This document shows positions 63,229-64,000 of a stretch of 64,000 nucleotides of DNA, one piece after another. Numbering within the stretch: position 1 is the stretch's first letter; every line of letters begins with the position of its first letter. The position numbers and the translations under genes were made by a program. The stretch comes from an archaeon (lineage in GTDB: Archaea > Iainarchaeota > Iainarchaeia > Iainarchaeales > JAAZKV01), in assembly GCA_041653195.1 (NCBI GenBank), contig JBAZFU010000002.1, positions 87,639 through 151,638 on the forward strand, given 5' to 3'. The notes under the pieces were generated by a model. That model did not search any database. It saw only the letters and a list, made by a program, of their open reading frames with translations, and was not told the DNA's origin.

Positions 63229-63696
63229 TTAAGGCGAATTTTTGCCCTTCAAAAAAATAACTTTATCCGCAGTGTTTTTCAAAGCGGCCGCACTCATCTT
63301 CTCCCCCATAATCGCAACAGTTTCCTTGCCCCTATTCTTCGCCTTAATTATTGCCGGCAAAAAATCTGAGTCGCGCGTAACAAAAACAATTGTGTCAATC
63401 GAATCATTAAAAACAATTTCAGTCGCATCACAAGCCATCGCAACATCAATATCTGTCGTTGAAACCAAAGGCTCGAAACCCTGATTCACAACCGCTTCAA
63501 CCAATTTATCGGAAGCGTACTGATTCAAATAAACCCTTCCGAGTTTCATCGAGCCGAGCTTCTGCACTTCCTTCTTAATCATGTCAAGGTCAATGCCTAA
63601 TTCCTTTCGCAAAATGTTGGGGCCGTCAACAAAAACAGCGAGGCGCTTTTCGCCTTTACTAAAACGCTTCTTAATTTTTTCAAACACAAAAATCAC
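63229..63696 (-). CDS. NYN/LabA-like (PIN-related) domain protein
   Basis: LAVFVDGPNI...DIDVAMACDA...IVFVTRDSDFLPAIIKAKNRGKETVAI. Confidence 0.8.
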   Translation of the reverse strand: MIFVFEKIKKRFSKGEKRLAVFVDGPNILRKELGIDLDMIKKEVQKLGSMKLGRVYLNQYASDKLVEAVVNQGFEPLVSTTDIDVAMACDATEIVFNDSIDTIVFVTRDSDFLPAIIKAKNRGKETVAIMGEKMSAAALKNTADKVIFLKGKNSP

Positions 63697-63790
63697 TTTT
63701 CACAACTTCAAGCCGAAGAAGGAACAAAAAGAACTAAATTTGAAAGGTTATAAAACAGTTTCTTTTGCCTTGAAAGACGGGGCAAAAAAA

Positions 63791-64000
63791 TTACTCTGCC
63801 GGACGGACTTTCCAGACGAAACCATCGTTATACCCTAAAGAGGAAAAATTATCTTGATCAAATGAAACTTCTGAACCCTGAAAAAACCCGGTAGCAAAAA
63901 CTTTTCCCTCAGAGTTAACCGCAATTCCATAACCTGCGTCATATGCCTCCCCACCGCCCCTGGACGACCAAAGGCAATTCCCATCACTACTAAATTCTGC
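63791..64000 (-). CDS. C-terminal fragment of a beta-propeller-repeat (SBBP-like) protein, 5' part beyond window
   Basis: The minus-strand frame is open from the window edge to TAA at 63791-63793. It reads ...GEAYDAGYGIAVNSEGKVFATGFFQGSEVSF...GYNDGFVWKV, which resembles SBBP repeats. It is absent from the ORF track because no start codon lies inside the window. Confidence 0.6.
   Translation of the reverse strand, partial: AEFSSDGNCLWSSRGGGEAYDAGYGIAVNSEGKVFATGFFQGSEVSFDQDNFSSLGYNDGFVWKVRPAE

Noticed and set aside
1-64000. CRISPR arrays, rRNA genes, transposases or integrases, and long direct or inverted repeats.
   Set aside because: Reading through both strands revealed no regularly spaced repeats, no rRNA-like conserved stretches, and no DDE, tyrosine- or serine-recombinase motifs. 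This was a visual scan only, so short or degenerate elements could be missed.

Overview
The window reads as a gene-dense, AT-biased archaeal chromosome segment, probably from a small-genome DPANN-like lineage. That lineage call is inference from gene content only. Archaeal markers include fibrillarin and Nop5, the exosome/proteasome superoperon, two RNase P protein subunits, an Sm protein, deoxyhypusine synthase, NMD3 and two tRNAs with introns at position 37/38.

The content is dominated by translation and RNA-processing genes. There are seven aminoacyl-tRNA synthetases (Gly, Asp, Met, Thr, Lys, Trp, Ser) plus GatCAB, and several of the synthetases look bacterial in architecture.

Three calls go beyond the ORF track:
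- tRNA-Arg(CCU) and tRNA-Thr(CGU), each with a long intron.
- A 44-aa rpoP gene overlapping the end of rpl37ae.
- A probable RNase P RNA hidden under a spurious 100-aa ORF, directly upstream of rpl15e-rpp30-pop5.

The least ordinary regions are:
- An AT-rich three-gene block at 28.4-32.0 kb (FIST protein plus two flavoproteins). It is followed by a minus-strand run encoding a KaiC-like ATPase, a membrane protein with two Asp-rich motifs, a Roadblock/LC7 protein and a second geranylgeranyl-reductase-like protein.
- A pilin-signal, Kazal-like, Cys-rich secreted protein inserted inside the otherwise conserved exosome superoperon.
- A Nop5 that lacks its fibrillarin-binding N-terminal domain.
- A MinD with a C-terminal amphipathic tail, translationally overlapped with an Sm gene.
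- A set of Cys-rich exported proteins alongside a DsbA-like protein with a monothiol CPYG motif.

I saw no CRISPR array, rRNA, transposase or integrase. All functional calls come from motif recognition by eye. No searches were run, and RNA boundaries are approximate.
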